Shown here: one piece after another, positions 9,561 to 20,011 of the stretch
Position numbering within the stretch: position 1 is the first letter of the stretch
How the letters are laid out: every line of letters begins with the position of its first letter
Source: Deltaproteobacteria bacterium
GTDB lineage: Bacteria > Desulfobacterota > Deferrimicrobia > Deferrimicrobiales > Deferrimicrobiaceae
Reading direction: 5' to 3'
Assembly: GCA_016234845.1 (NCBI GenBank)
Contig: JACRNP010000090.1
Span: 3,434 to 67,433 of the forward strand
Length of the DNA: 64,000 nucleotides
Made by a program: the position numbers and the translations under genes
Notes under the pieces: model-generated
The model's database searches: none
The model's input: the letters and a program-made list of their open reading frames with translations, nothing else
Told to the model about the DNA's origin: nothing

Positions 9561-9565
9561 CGGCG

Positions 9566-10330
9566 CTACGGCGCGACCACCCGGTTGGTGAGGGCGCCGA
9601 TCCCCCCGACCTCCACCGTCACGACGTCCCCCACGGAGAGCGAGCCGACGCCGGGAGGCGTTCCCGTGGCGATCACGTCGCCGGGGAAAAGGGTCATGAC
9701 CGAACTGATGAACTCGATCAGCCGGAACACCGAGGCGCCCATCTCGCGGGTGTTGCCGTCCTGCCGGGTTTCGCCGTTGACGATGCACCGGACGGAAACG
9801 GCGGAAGGGTCGAGCTCGGTCTCGATCCAGGGGCCGAGGGGCGCGAAGGTGTCGAACCCCTTGGCGCGCGTGTACTGCACGTCCCGGGCCTGGAGGTCGC
9901 GCGCCGTCACGTCGTTGATGCACGTGTACCCGAGGATGCACGCCGCCGCGTCATCCGCCGCGACGTCCTTCGCGCGCCGGCCGATCACCACCGCGAGCTC
10001 CGCCTCGTAATCCACCCTTGCGGACTGCGCCGGGTAGACGATGTCCCCCCCGGGGCGGTTTACCGCCGACGGCGCCTTGAGGAACAGGAGCGGGTCCTCC
10101 GGGATGCTCTTTCCCATCTCCCGCGCGTGGTCCTTGTAGTTCAAGCCCACCGCGACGATCTTGCCGGGCGAGACCGGCGCGAGGAGCCGGACATCCGCCA
10201 GCCGCCGGATCACCCCGGTGGCGCGCACCTCGTCGAACGGCTCTCCCGCGATCTCGTGCACCGTCCCCGCGCCCTGGTCGATCAGACCGTACCGTGCCGT
10301 GCCTCCGTACTCGTACCGCCCGATCCTCAT
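9566..10330 (-). CDS. Fumarylacetoacetate hydrolase family protein
   Basis: KIVAVGLNYKDH, DYEAELAVVIG, NDVTARD, KGFDTFAPLGP, GDVIATGTPPGVG. Confidence 0.92.
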   Translation of the reverse strand: MRIGRYEYGGTARYGLIDQGAGTVHEIAGEPFDEVRATGVIRRLADVRLLAPVSPGKIVAVGLNYKDHAREMGKSIPEDPLLFLKAPSAVNRPGGDIVYPAQSARVDYEAELAVVIGRRAKDVAADDAAACILGYTCINDVTARDLQARDVQYTRAKGFDTFAPLGPWIETELDPSAVSVRCIVNGETRQDGNTREMGASVFRLIEFISSVMTLFPGDVIATGTPPGVGSLSVGDVVTVEVGGIGALTNRVVAP

Positions 10331-11136
10331 TTCCCGAGTCCGAGGACGGCGGCCATGTCGTAGAGGCCGGCCGGCTTCCCGAGCACCCACCCGGCGGCGC
10401 GGACCGCGCCGCGGGCGAAGGTGTCGCGGCTGTGCGCGCGGTGCGTGATCTCGAACCGCTCGCCGATCCCCCCGAACACGAGGGTGTGCTCGCCGACCAC
10501 GTCTCCCGCGCGGACGGCGAACACGCCGATCTCCTTGCGGGTGCGCTCCCCCACCATCCCCTCCCGGCCGTACACGCCGACCTCCCCCATCTTCCGGCCG
10601 AGGGCCGAGGCCACCGATTCGGCCAGTCGGACCGCCGTACCCGACGGGGCGTCCTTCTTGAACCGGTGGTGGGTCTCGACGATCTCCACGTCGTAGTCGT
10701 CCCCGAGCACCCCCGCCACTTCGGCGGCCACCCGGAACATCAGGTTCACCCCGACGCTCATGTTGGGGGAGTGCACGATCGCGATCCTCCCCGACGCCTC
10801 GCGCAGCATTTCCATCTGCCCCTGCGAGAGCCCGGTGCTGCCGATCACGATCGGCTTTCCGGCGGCTGCGGCGGCGAGGGCGTTCCGGGAGGATGACTCG
10901 GCGCTCGTGAAATCGATGGCCACGTCCGAGGCGGCGATCGCCGCGCGGAAATCGTCGGTGATCCCGACGCCCCCGGACCCCGCCCCCGCGGCCGCGAAGG
11001 CGTCCTGCGACAGGAGCGGGTGCCCCGGGGCCTCCACCGCCGCGGACAGCGTAAGACCCGACGGGCCGTCCCGGAGGACGGACAGGATCGCCCGGCCCAT
11101 CCTCCCCATGGCTCCGCAGACCGCGACGCCGGGCAC
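10327..11136 (-). CDS. dapB: 4-hydroxy-tetrahydrodipicolinate reductase
   Basis: GAMGRMG, ETHHRFKKDAPSGTA, GEH. Confidence 0.96.
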   Translation of the reverse strand: MPGVAVCGAMGRMGRAILSVLRDGPSGLTLSAAVEAPGHPLLSQDAFAAAGAGSGGVGITDDFRAAIAASDVAIDFTSAESSSRNALAAAAAGKPIVIGSTGLSQGQMEMLREASGRIAIVHSPNMSVGVNLMFRVAAEVAGVLGDDYDVEIVETHHRFKKDAPSGTAVRLAESVASALGRKMGEVGVYGREGMVGERTRKEIGVFAVRAGDVVGEHTLVFGGIGERFEITHRAHSRDTFARGAVRAAGWVLGKPAGLYDMAAVLGLGK

Positions 11137-11146
11137 GCGTCGCCCC

Positions 11147-12019
11147 CTACAGGATCTTCAGGCCGGAGAGGACCTTCGCGAGGGCCTTCCGGTTCCCGTC
11201 GGACATCGCGCACAGCGGGAGCCGGAACTCCTCCCGGACCTTCCCCATCATGGCGAGCGCGGTCTTCGCCGGGATCGGATTCGTCTCGATGAACAACGCC
11301 TGCATGAGCGGCCACAGGCGGAAGTGGATCTCCCGCGCGCGGTGGACCTGTCCGAGAGAGAACGCGTCGTAGAGATCCGCCATCAGGCGCGGCGCGACGT
11401 TCGAGACCACGGAGATGATCCCCTTGGCGCCCAGGGCCAGCATCGGGAAGAAGAGCCCGTCGTCCCCCGACAGCACGCAGAACGTCCGCGGGGTCATCGA
11501 GAGGATGTCGCAGATCTGCGCGAGATTCCCGGACGCCTCCTTCACCCCGACGATGTTCCGCACCTCGGAGAGGCGGGCGACCGTCTCCGCCGCCATGTTG
11601 ACGCCCGTCCGTCCGGGAACGTTGTAGAGCACCAGGGGGATGTCCGCGGCCCCGGCGACCTCGGTGAAGTGGGCGACGAGCCCCTTCTGCGTGGGCTTGT
11701 TGTAGTACGGCGTGATGACGAGCGCCGCGTCGGCGCCCGCCTTCTTGGCGTACCGGGTGAGGGCGACCGCTTCCCTCGTGTTGTTGGAACCGGTCCCCGC
11801 GATCACGGGCACCCTGCCGTCGACCGCCTCGACCACGAGGTCGATCACCTGCCGGTGCTCGTCGTGGGAGAGGGTCGCCGACTCTCCGGTCGTCCCGCAC
11901 GGGACGATCCCGGCGGTCCCGTTCCGGATCTGGAACTCCACCAGCCTTTTCAGCCCCGCCGCGTCCAGCTTCCCGTTCCGGAACGGCGTGACGGTCGCTA
12001 CGATCGCCCCGTGGAACAT
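11147..12019 (-). CDS. dapA: 4-hydroxy-tetrahydrodipicolinate synthase
   Basis: GTTGESATL, PYYNKP, YNVPGRTG, GVKEASG. Confidence 0.96.
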   Translation of the reverse strand: MFHGAIVATVTPFRNGKLDAAGLKRLVEFQIRNGTAGIVPCGTTGESATLSHDEHRQVIDLVVEAVDGRVPVIAGTGSNNTREAVALTRYAKKAGADAALVITPYYNKPTQKGLVAHFTEVAGAADIPLVLYNVPGRTGVNMAAETVARLSEVRNIVGVKEASGNLAQICDILSMTPRTFCVLSGDDGLFFPMLALGAKGIISVVSNVAPRLMADLYDAFSLGQVHRAREIHFRLWPLMQALFIETNPIPAKTALAMMGKVREEFRLPLCAMSDGNRKALAKVLSGLKIL

Positions 12020-12041
12020 CCGTCTTCCTCCCCCTTCCGCC

Positions 12042-12872
12042 TCAATAGCGGTACGCTTCCTCGAAGATCTTCCCGTCGCACGACCAGGAGGTGTCCCCCT
12101 CGAGGTACACCTCGCCGAAATCCTTCCTCCCGGCGTCGAAGTGGATCGTCAGCGTCTCCCCGCCGCTCGTCCGCACGGCGACCGGCGGCGCCGCGAGCCC
12201 GCGAATCGACGCGAGGATGCCGCTGGCGACCGCCCCCGTCCCGCACGCCAGCGTCTCGCCCTCCACGCCGCGCTCGTACGTGCGCGCCCACACCACGCCG
12301 TCGCGAACCGTCACGAAGTTGACGTTCGTCCCCCGGGGGGCGAACGCCTTGTGCCGCCGGATCCCGCGCCCGACGCCCGCCACGTCGACCCGCTCGAGGT
12401 CCGCGACGAAGAGCACCGCGTGCGGGACCCCGGTGTCGAGGAACGAGTACGTGTACCGCTTTCCCGCCAGCGTGAGCGTCCGGTCCAGGCGAAGCCCCGC
12501 CGGACGGGTCATCTGCAGCTTCACGCGACGGCCCGACACCGACGCGCGGACGGTCCCCGCGAGGGTCTCGAACGCCATCGCCCTCCCGGCGATCTTCCGG
12601 GCGAATGCGAAGCGCGCGGCGCAGCGGCCGCCGTTGCCGCACATCTCGGCCCGGGAGCCGTCCGCGTTGTAGAAATCCCAGCGGAAGTCCGCGCTTTCCG
12701 ACGGCTCCACGAGGATCAACCCGTCCGCCCCGATCGATCGGGAGCGGTCGCACACCTTCGACGCGAACGCGGGCCGGTCGATCCCCTCCAGGAGGCCGTC
12801 CCGGTTGTCGATCAGGAGGAAGTCGTTGCCGCTTCCGTTGATCTTGGAAAAGGGGATTCCACGAGCCGCCAT
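12042..12872 (-). CDS. dapF: Diaminopimelate epimerase
   Basis: GSGNDF, NADGSRAEMCGNGGRC, ERGVEGETLACGTG. Confidence 0.96.
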   Translation of the reverse strand: MAARGIPFSKINGSGNDFLLIDNRDGLLEGIDRPAFASKVCDRSRSIGADGLILVEPSESADFRWDFYNADGSRAEMCGNGGRCAARFAFARKIAGRAMAFETLAGTVRASVSGRRVKLQMTRPAGLRLDRTLTLAGKRYTYSFLDTGVPHAVLFVADLERVDVAGVGRGIRRHKAFAPRGTNVNFVTVRDGVVWARTYERGVEGETLACGTGAVASGILASIRGLAAPPVAVRTSGGETLTIHFDAGRKDFGEVYLEGDTSWSCDGKIFEEAYRY

Positions 12873-12954
12873 CTTCGCCTTCCCGCCGCAGGATAATGCT
12901 TCATCGTAGCAGAACCCCGATCGAGGTTCCAAGAACGGATCGCGGGGACGGTTT

Positions 12955-14241
12955 TTAGCGCCGCCGCCGCAGGAACGACGCCGTGCGCTCCCCGCGGGAG
13001 ACGTCGCGCGCGGACTCGCGCTCCCGGACGATCTCGCACCGGTCGCCCGATACCATCACCTCGGCGGCCCGCGGCCGGCTGTTGTAGTTGGAGGACATGG
13101 AGAAGCCGTACGCCCCCGCGCTCATGACCGCGAGCAGGTCTCCCGACCGGTACGGCGGCATCGCCCGGTCCCTCGCCAGGAAATCGCCGGACTCGCAGAT
13201 GGGGCCCACCACGTCCGCCGTCACCCGGCCGCGCGGCGCCCTCCCCACCGGCAGGATCGCGTGGTACGACCCGTAGAGGGACGGCCGCGCCAGGTCGTTC
13301 ATGGCCGCGTCCACGATGAAGAAATATTTCTTTCCCTTCCCGGCGGGGGACGGGATCGGTTTCGTGTAGAGAACTTCCGTCACGAGAACCCCCGCGTTTC
13401 CGACCAGCACGCGCCCCGGCTCGAGGACCAGGGTGACGTCGATCCCCCGGAACGCTCCCGCGACGGCGTTCGCGTACTCCTTCGGGTGGGGCGGCATCTC
13501 GTCGTTGTACCGGATCCCGAGCCCGCCGCCGATGTCGACCAGCCGGATGGGCATCCCCTTCGCCAGGAGCTTGTCGACCAGCTTCCGCACGCGCCCCGCC
13601 GCGTCGACGAACGGAGCCACGTCGGTCAGCTGCGAACCGATGTGGCAGTCCACGCCCACCACGTCGATGTGTCGCCGCCTCGCGGCCCACTCGTAATCCT
13701 TCATGGCCTGCGCGATGTGGATCCCGAACTTGTTCTTCTTCAGGCCCGTCGAGATGTACGGGTGGGTCTTCGGGTCCACGTCGGGATTGACCCGGATCGA
13801 GACCGGGGCCCGTTTGCGCATCCTGCCGGCGACCGCGTCGATCGTCTCGAGCTCCTCGCGCGACTCGACGTTGAACATCAGGATCCCGCGGCGGAGCGCC
13901 TCCTCGATCTCCCACACCTTCTTCCCGACCCCGGAGTAGACGATCTTCTTCGGGGGGGCGCCGGCCGCGAGCGCCCGGGCCAGCTCCCCTCCCGAGACGA
14001 TGTCCACGCCGCTGCCGAGGTTGGTGAAGGTGCGGATGACCGAACCGTTCGAGTTGGCCTTCATGGAGTAGCAGATGACGTGCGGTACGGCGGCGAACGC
14101 CTCGTCGAACACCTTGTAGTGGTGGGAGAGGGTGGCGTGGCTGTACACGAAGACCGGGGTCCCCGCCTGGCGGGCGATCTCCTTCAAGGGGTACCCCTCG
14201 CAGCAGAGCTGCCCCCGTCCGTTCACCGCGAAATGGTGCAT
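12955..14241 (-). CDS. lysA: Diaminopimelate decarboxylase
   Basis: YSMKANS, HIGSQ, EPGR, GPICESGD, GAYGFSMSSNYNSRPR. Confidence 0.96.
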   Translation of the reverse strand: MHHFAVNGRGQLCCEGYPLKEIARQAGTPVFVYSHATLSHHYKVFDEAFAAVPHVICYSMKANSNGSVIRTFTNLGSGVDIVSGGELARALAAGAPPKKIVYSGVGKKVWEIEEALRRGILMFNVESREELETIDAVAGRMRKRAPVSIRVNPDVDPKTHPYISTGLKKNKFGIHIAQAMKDYEWAARRRHIDVVGVDCHIGSQLTDVAPFVDAAGRVRKLVDKLLAKGMPIRLVDIGGGLGIRYNDEMPPHPKEYANAVAGAFRGIDVTLVLEPGRVLVGNAGVLVTEVLYTKPIPSPAGKGKKYFFIVDAAMNDLARPSLYGSYHAILPVGRAPRGRVTADVVGPICESGDFLARDRAMPPYRSGDLLAVMSAGAYGFSMSSNYNSRPRAAEVMVSGDRCEIVRERESARDVSRGERTASFLRRRR

Positions 14242-14245
14242 GCCG

Positions 14246-14389
14246 TCACCTCGATGCGTAGTATTGTGCGGAGGCGAATACGGACGCCGAGCGCGGCTCC
14301 GGCTTCGCCTTCCGACCGCAGCCGGCGGCCCACAGGAGGAGAAACGCCGCCGCCAGGACCGCCGCCGGCCGCAATCCTCCGCGCCTCAT
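14246..14389 (-). CDS. Small lipoprotein (47 aa), LptM/YifL-like position and lipobox
   Basis: MRRGGLRPAAVLAAAFLLLWAAGCGRKAKPEP; ATG overlaps the argH stop; lies directly upstream of lysA-dapF. Confidence 0.65.
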   Translation of the reverse strand: MRRGGLRPAAVLAAAFLLLWAAGCGRKAKPEPRSASVFASAQYYASR

Positions 14390-15759
14390 TTCTTCCGCAG
14401 GGCCGAAAGGCGCGCCCGGACCGGGTCGGGACCCGTGCCGCCGCGCGTCCTGCGGAGCCGGACCGAGTTCGAGAGGGAGATGGCGTCCCGGACGTCCTCC
14501 CCGATCGCCTTCGAGAAGGTCCGCAGCTCCTTGAGGCTTGCGTCCTTCAGCCGTTTCCCCTTCCCCTCGCAGTACCGCACGATCTTCCCGGTGATCTCGT
14601 GCGCCTTCCGGAACGGAACCCCCTTCCGCGCCAGGTAGTCCGCGAGGTCGGTGGCGGTCAGGAAGCCGTCGTCGCACGCCGCCCGCATCCGCTCGTCGTT
14701 CACCGTCATCCCGCGGAGCAGGAGGTCCGCCCCGGCGAGGCAATCCTTCACCGTGCGGGCCGAGTCGAACACCGGTTCCTTGTCCTCCTGCATGTCCCGG
14801 TTGTAGGACAGGGGCAGCCCCTTCATGATCGTCAGCAGGTTCAGGAGGTTTCCGTACGCGCGCCCGGTCTTCCCCCGGATCAGCTCCGCCACGTCCGGAT
14901 TCTTCTTCTGGGGCATGATGCTGCTCCCGGTGCAGAGGGCGTCGGGGAGCGACAGGAATCCGAATTCCGAGGAGGACCAGTACACCATCTCCTCGGAAAG
15001 ACGGGACAGGTGCATCATCGTGACGGCGCACGCGTAGAGGAAATCGGCCGCGAAGTCGCGGTCCGAAACGGCGTCGACGCTGTTCTCGCAGACCCCGTCC
15101 ATCCCGAGCTCGCGCGCCGTGTACGCGCGGTCGAGCGGGAAGGTGGACCCCGCCAGCGCCCCGGCCCCCAGCGGGGACACGTTGGTCCTCCGCCGGACCT
15201 CCGCGAAACGGTCCGCGTCCCGCGCGAACATCTCCCGGTACGCCAGCAGGTGGTGGGACAGGAGGACCGGCTGCGCCCTCTGCATGTGGGTGTACCCCGG
15301 GAGGACGACTCCGAAGAGCTCCTCCGCCCGGTCGACGAGCGACCCGCAGACCGCGGCGAGGAGGTTTTCGACGGCGTCGATCTCGTCCCGCAGGAACAGC
15401 CGGAGATCCGTGGCGACCTGGTCGTTGCGGCTGCGCCCGGTGTGGAGCTTCCCCCCGACCGGCCCGATCTTCCGGATCAGCCGCTGCTCGATCGCCATGT
15501 GGATGTCTTCCTGGGAGAGGTCGAAGGAAAGCTTTCCGGAATCGATCTCCTCGAGGATCTCCGAAAGGCCCGCGACGATCCGCTCCGCCTCGGCCTTCGG
15601 GAGGATCCCCTGCTTCCCCAGCATCCGGGCGTGCGCCACGCTCCCGGCGATGTCGTGCCGGTACAGGAGGACGTCGTACGGGATCGACGCGGTGAACTCC
15701 TCGACGAACCGGTCGGTCCCGGAGCCGAACCGCCCTCCCCACGCCTTCTTCTTCGCCAT
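14386..15759 (-). CDS. argH: Argininosuccinate lyase
   Basis: WGGRF, HTGRSRNDQ, GSSIMPQKKNPD. Confidence 0.97.
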   Translation of the reverse strand: MAKKKAWGGRFGSGTDRFVEEFTASIPYDVLLYRHDIAGSVAHARMLGKQGILPKAEAERIVAGLSEILEEIDSGKLSFDLSQEDIHMAIEQRLIRKIGPVGGKLHTGRSRNDQVATDLRLFLRDEIDAVENLLAAVCGSLVDRAEELFGVVLPGYTHMQRAQPVLLSHHLLAYREMFARDADRFAEVRRRTNVSPLGAGALAGSTFPLDRAYTARELGMDGVCENSVDAVSDRDFAADFLYACAVTMMHLSRLSEEMVYWSSSEFGFLSLPDALCTGSSIMPQKKNPDVAELIRGKTGRAYGNLLNLLTIMKGLPLSYNRDMQEDKEPVFDSARTVKDCLAGADLLLRGMTVNDERMRAACDDGFLTATDLADYLARKGVPFRKAHEITGKIVRYCEGKGKRLKDASLKELRTFSKAIGEDVRDAISLSNSVRLRRTRGGTGPDPVRARLSALRKK

Positions 15760-15760
15760 G

Positions 15761-16969
15761 TCAGCCTTTCCCGTTTTTCAGCATCGACCGGATCTTCAGG
15801 CGCAGGGCGTTGATCTTGATGAACCCGGTCGCGTCGGCCTGGTTGTAGACCGTCTCCTTCTCGAAGGTGGCGAAGTCGGTCCGGTAGAGGGACACCGGGC
15901 TCTTCCGCCCGGCGACGGTCACGCCCCCCTTGTACAGCTTGAGACGCGCCGTCCCGGTGACGTTCTCCTGGGTCGCCGCGATCGTTCCCTTCAGCAGGTC
16001 CATCTCCGGCGAGTACCAGTACCCGTTGTAGATGAGCTCCGCGAACCGGGGCATCAGGGTGTCGCGCAGGTGCATGACCTCGCGGTCGAGGGTGAGCGAC
16101 TCGACCGCGCGGTGGGCGGCGTGCAGGATCGTCCCTCCCGGGGTTTCGTAGACGCCGCGGGACTTCATTCCCACGTACCGGTTCTCGACGAGGTCCACCC
16201 GGCCGATGCCGTGCCTCCCGCCGACGGCGTTCAGGTGCCCGAGGAGCTTCGCGGGTCCCATCTTCCTCCCGTCCACCGCGACGGGGATGCCCCGTTCGAA
16301 ATCGACCTCGACGTACTGCGGGCGTCCGGGCGCCTTTGCCGGGGACCGCGTGAGGACGAACATGTTCTCCGGGGGCTCCGACCAGGGGTCCTCCAGGATC
16401 CCCCCCTCGAAGCTGATGTGGAGCAGGTTCCGGTCGCTGGAGTACGGCTTCGCCGCCGTGACCGGCGTGGGGATGCCGCGCTTCCGGGCGTAGTTCACGA
16501 GGTCGGTCCGGGATGCGAGGTCCCATTCCCTCCACGGGGCGATGACGCGGATCCCCGGCATCAGGGCGTAATAGGTCAGCTCGAACCGGACCTGGTCGTT
16601 CCCCTTCCCCGTGGCGCCGTGGGAAACGGCCTCGGCCTTCTCCTTCCGCGCCACCTCGATCTGCTTCTTGGCGATCAGCGGGCGCGCGATCGACGTCCCG
16701 AGGAGATACGCGCCCTCGTACACGGTGTTCGCCATCAGGGCCGGGAAGACGAAATCCCGGACGAACTCGTCCTGGACGTTTTCCACGTAGACCTTCGACG
16801 CGCCGGTCCGCTTCGCCTTCGCCCGCACGGGGGCGAGCTCCTCGCCCTGCCCCAGATCGGCGACGAAGGCGATCACCTCGCACCCGTACGTCTCGATGAG
16901 CCATGCAAGGATCACGGACGTGTCGAGCCCCCCGGAATACGCCAGAACGACTTTCTTGACGTTTTTCAA
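15761..16969 (-). CDS. argG: Argininosuccinate synthase
   Basis: [41 protein letters not shown] start after GGAGGG. Confidence 0.96.
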   Translation of the reverse strand: MKNVKKVVLAYSGGLDTSVILAWLIETYGCEVIAFVADLGQGEELAPVRAKAKRTGASKVYVENVQDEFVRDFVFPALMANTVYEGAYLLGTSIARPLIAKKQIEVARKEKAEAVSHGATGKGNDQVRFELTYYALMPGIRVIAPWREWDLASRTDLVNYARKRGIPTPVTAAKPYSSDRNLLHISFEGGILEDPWSEPPENMFVLTRSPAKAPGRPQYVEVDFERGIPVAVDGRKMGPAKLLGHLNAVGGRHGIGRVDLVENRYVGMKSRGVYETPGGTILHAAHRAVESLTLDREVMHLRDTLMPRFAELIYNGYWYSPEMDLLKGTIAATQENVTGTARLKLYKGGVTVAGRKSPVSLYRTDFATFEKETVYNQADATGFIKINALRLKIRSMLKNGKG

Positions 16970-16989
16970 TCTCTTAACCCTCCATGTCT

Positions 16990-17904
16990 CTAGTGTCGTA
17001 TCAGCTTTTCCAGGACGGCCATCTGGACGTGGAGCCGGTTCTCCGCCTCGTCGAAGACGGCGGACCGCGGCCCCTCCATCACCGCGTCCGTTATCTCCTC
17101 GCCCCGGTGGGCGGGAAGGCAGTGCATCACGATGGACCCGGGCGCGGAAATCTTCAGCATCGCTTCGTCGATGCAGTACCCGCGGAAGGCGGCCATCCGT
17201 TTCCGGCTCTCGGCCTCCTGCCCCATGCTGGTCCAGACGTCGGTGTACAGGACGTCCGCCTTTCGCGCCGCGTCGGCGGGATCCCGCACGACGCGAACGT
17301 CCCCCCGCCCCATCCTTTCCGCCTCGGCCAGGACGCCCCGGTCCGGCTCGTACCCTTTCGGGCAGGCGACACGCAGCGTGAACCCGAGGACGTGGGCGGC
17401 CTCGACCCACGAGTTGGCGACGTTGTTCCCGTCCCCCACGAACGCCACCCGCATCTTCCGCAGGTCCTTCCCCCGCTCCTTCGCCGTCATCAGGTCCGCG
17501 AGGATCTGGCACGGATGGTGGTCGTCCGTCAACCCGTTGATGACCGGGACCGTGGACGCGGAGGCGAGCTCGACCGCGGTCGCGTGGGCGAACGTCCGGA
17601 TCATCACCGCGTCGACGTACCGCGAAAGGACGCGGGCGGTGTCCCGGATCGGCTCTCCCCGCCCGATCTGCGTGTCCTCCGGCGACATGAACAGCGCGTG
17701 CCCTCCCAGCCGCGACATGCCGACTTCGAACGAGACGCGGGTGCGGGTGGACGCCTTCTGGAAGATCATCGCCAGCGACTTCCCCCGGAGCGGCCTGGGG
17801 GCGCCCCGCTTCCCCGCTCGCCGCTTCCACGCCTGCCCGGATGCGACGATGGCGAGGAGGTCCCTGTCCGAAAGGTCCAGGATGCGGAGCAGGTCCTTCC
17901 TCAC
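16990..17904 (-). CDS. argF: Ornithine carbamoyltransferase
   Basis: [34 protein letters not shown] start. Confidence 0.96.
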   Translation of the reverse strand: MRKDLLRILDLSDRDLLAIVASGQAWKRRAGKRGAPRPLRGKSLAMIFQKASTRTRVSFEVGMSRLGGHALFMSPEDTQIGRGEPIRDTARVLSRYVDAVMIRTFAHATAVELASASTVPVINGLTDDHHPCQILADLMTAKERGKDLRKMRVAFVGDGNNVANSWVEAAHVLGFTLRVACPKGYEPDRGVLAEAERMGRGDVRVVRDPADAARKADVLYTDVWTSMGQEAESRKRMAAFRGYCIDEAMLKISAPGSIVMHCLPAHRGEEITDAVMEGPRSAVFDEAENRLHVQMAVLEKLIRH

Positions 17905-19103
17905 CCCTTCCTCCCCCCGGCCGGGAGCACGGAGGCCAGGATGGACAGGGCCCGGTCGATCTCCTCCTCCGCGACCGTGAGCGGCGGCAGGAACCGGAGA
18001 ACGTTCCCCGCCGCGGCGTTGACGACGAGCCCGGCGTCGAGGCAGGCGGCCGCGATCGGCTTCGTCTCGGCCTCCATCTCCATTCCGACCATCAGCCCCG
18101 CCCCGCGAACCTCCCGGACGTCGGTGCGGCCGGCGGCGATATCCGCAAGGCCCGCGACGAGCTTCTCCCCCTTCCGGGCGACGGAGTCGAGGAACCCGGG
18201 CGAGGACAGGATCTCCATCACCGCGAGGGAGGCGGCGCAGCAGACCGGGTTCCCGCCGAAGGTGCTCCCGTGGCTCCCCGGTCCGAACGCCGCGGCGACC
18301 TCGTCCCGCGCGACGACCGCCCCCAGCGGCAGGCCGTTCGCCAGCCCCTTCGCGAGGGTCGCGACGTCCGGGACGACGCCGGACCGGGAGCACGCGAGGA
18401 ACGAGCCGGTCCTCCCCATGCCGGTCTGGATCTCGTCGGCGACGAACAGGATCCCCCGGTCGGAGCAGAGGCGCGCGGCTTCCCCGAGGTACCCCGGGGG
18501 GAGCATCCGCACGCCGTTCTCCCCCTGGATCGGCTCGATCAGGAGGGCGCAGACGCGGTCGGTCAGCGCGGCCCGAAGCGCCTCGACGTCGCCGAACGGG
18601 ACCGTGGCGAACCCCGGGAGCATCGGCTCGAATCCGACGTGGAACTTCGGCTGGGCGGTGGCCGACAGCCCGCCGTACGTCCTCCCGTGGAACGACCCCT
18701 CGAGCACGACGATTTCGTGGCGGCCCTCCCCGTACCGCTCGCGCGACCACTTCCGGGCCAGCTTCATCGCCGCCTCGTTCGCCTCGGTCCCGCTGTTGCA
18801 GAAGAAGACCTTCCCCCCGGTCGTCGCCGCCGACAGCCTCTCCCCGAGAAGCGCCTGGGACGGCACGTGGAACAGGTTGGAGACGTGGACGAGCATCCCC
18901 GCCTGTTCGGCGATGGCGCGCGTCACGGCCGGGTGCGCGTGCCCGAGGAGAGCGACCGCGATCCCGCCGAGAAAATCGAGGTACCGTTTCCCCGCGTCGT
19001 CGAACAGCCAGCTCCCCTCCCCGCGGACGAACGTCACCGGGAACCGCGAGTAGTTCCGCATCTGGTACCTCTCCGTCAACGCGATGGCCTCGCCCGCCTT
19101 CAT
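17901..19103 (-). CDS. argD: Acetylornithine aminotransferase
   Basis: [43 protein letters not shown]. Confidence 0.95.
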   Translation of the reverse strand: MKAGEAIALTERYQMRNYSRFPVTFVRGEGSWLFDDAGKRYLDFLGGIAVALLGHAHPAVTRAIAEQAGMLVHVSNLFHVPSQALLGERLSAATTGGKVFFCNSGTEANEAAMKLARKWSRERYGEGRHEIVVLEGSFHGRTYGGLSATAQPKFHVGFEPMLPGFATVPFGDVEALRAALTDRVCALLIEPIQGENGVRMLPPGYLGEAARLCSDRGILFVADEIQTGMGRTGSFLACSRSGVVPDVATLAKGLANGLPLGAVVARDEVAAAFGPGSHGSTFGGNPVCCAASLAVMEILSSPGFLDSVARKGEKLVAGLADIAAGRTDVREVRGAGLMVGMEMEAETKPIAAACLDAGLVVNAAAGNVLRFLPPLTVAEEEIDRALSILASVLPAGGRKG

Positions 19104-19993
19104 TTCCGGGCCGCCCCCGATGCGGAGCGGACGATCTCCGTGCCGACTCCCGCGTCGGTGAAGATCTCGAGCAGCACGCTGTGCGGGACCCTCCCGTCGA
19201 TCACGTGGACCTTCCGGACCCCCTTCCGCAGGGCGGTCAGGCCGCATTCGACCTTCGGGATCATCCCGCCGGTGATCTCCCCGGACCGGATGGCGGCGAC
19301 CGCCTCCTTCTCGGTCATCGTGGAGATCCTCTCCCCCTTCGCGTCGAGCACGCCCGCCACGTCGGTGAGGAGGATGAACTTTTCAGCCGCGACGGCCGCG
19401 GCGACCTCCGCGGCCGCCGTGTCGCCGTTGATGTTGTACCCCTCGCCCCCCTCTCCGACCCCGATCGGGGCGATGACCGGCACGAATCCGTCGGCCTCGA
19501 GGACCTTGAGGATGCCGGGACGGACCGCTTCCACCTCTCCCACCTGCCCGAGGTCGATCGGCTCGCCCGTCGCCCGGCTCTTCGCGGAGATCTTCCGCGC
19601 CCGGATCAGTCCGCCGTCCTTCCCGCACAGGCCGACCGCCTTGCCGCCGAACTTGTTGACCAGGGCCACGATCTGCTGGTTCACCGTGCCGCCCAGGACC
19701 ATCTCCACCACTTCCATGGCCTCGGCGGAGGTCACCCGGAGCCCCTCCTTCCGCTCGGTCGGGATCCCGAGAAGCTCGAGCATCCGGTCGATCTGCGGGC
19801 CGCCGCCATGCACGACGACGGGCCGGATGCCCACGTACTGCAGGAGGACGATGTCCTCCGCGAAGGACGCCATCCGCGCCTCGTCCTTCATCGCCGCTCC
19901 GCCGTACTTCACCACGACCGTCTTCCCGGTGAACTCGCGGATGTACGGAAGGGCCTCGATCAGCGTCTCCGCCTTCTGGATGTACCCCTTCAT
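19100..19993 (-). CDS. argB: Acetylglutamate kinase
   Basis: VVKYGGAAM, VHGGGPQI, GGMIPKV, EIFTDAGVGT. Confidence 0.96.
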   Translation of the reverse strand: MKGYIQKAETLIEALPYIREFTGKTVVVKYGGAAMKDEARMASFAEDIVLLQYVGIRPVVVHGGGPQIDRMLELLGIPTERKEGLRVTSAEAMEVVEMVLGGTVNQQIVALVNKFGGKAVGLCGKDGGLIRARKISAKSRATGEPIDLGQVGEVEAVRPGILKVLEADGFVPVIAPIGVGEGGEGYNINGDTAAAEVAAAVAAEKFILLTDVAGVLDAKGERISTMTEKEAVAAIRSGEITGGMIPKVECGLTALRKGVRKVHVIDGRVPHSVLLEIFTDAGVGTEIVRSASGAARK

Positions 19994-20011
19994 CTCCCCC
20001 CCGCCCCTACG

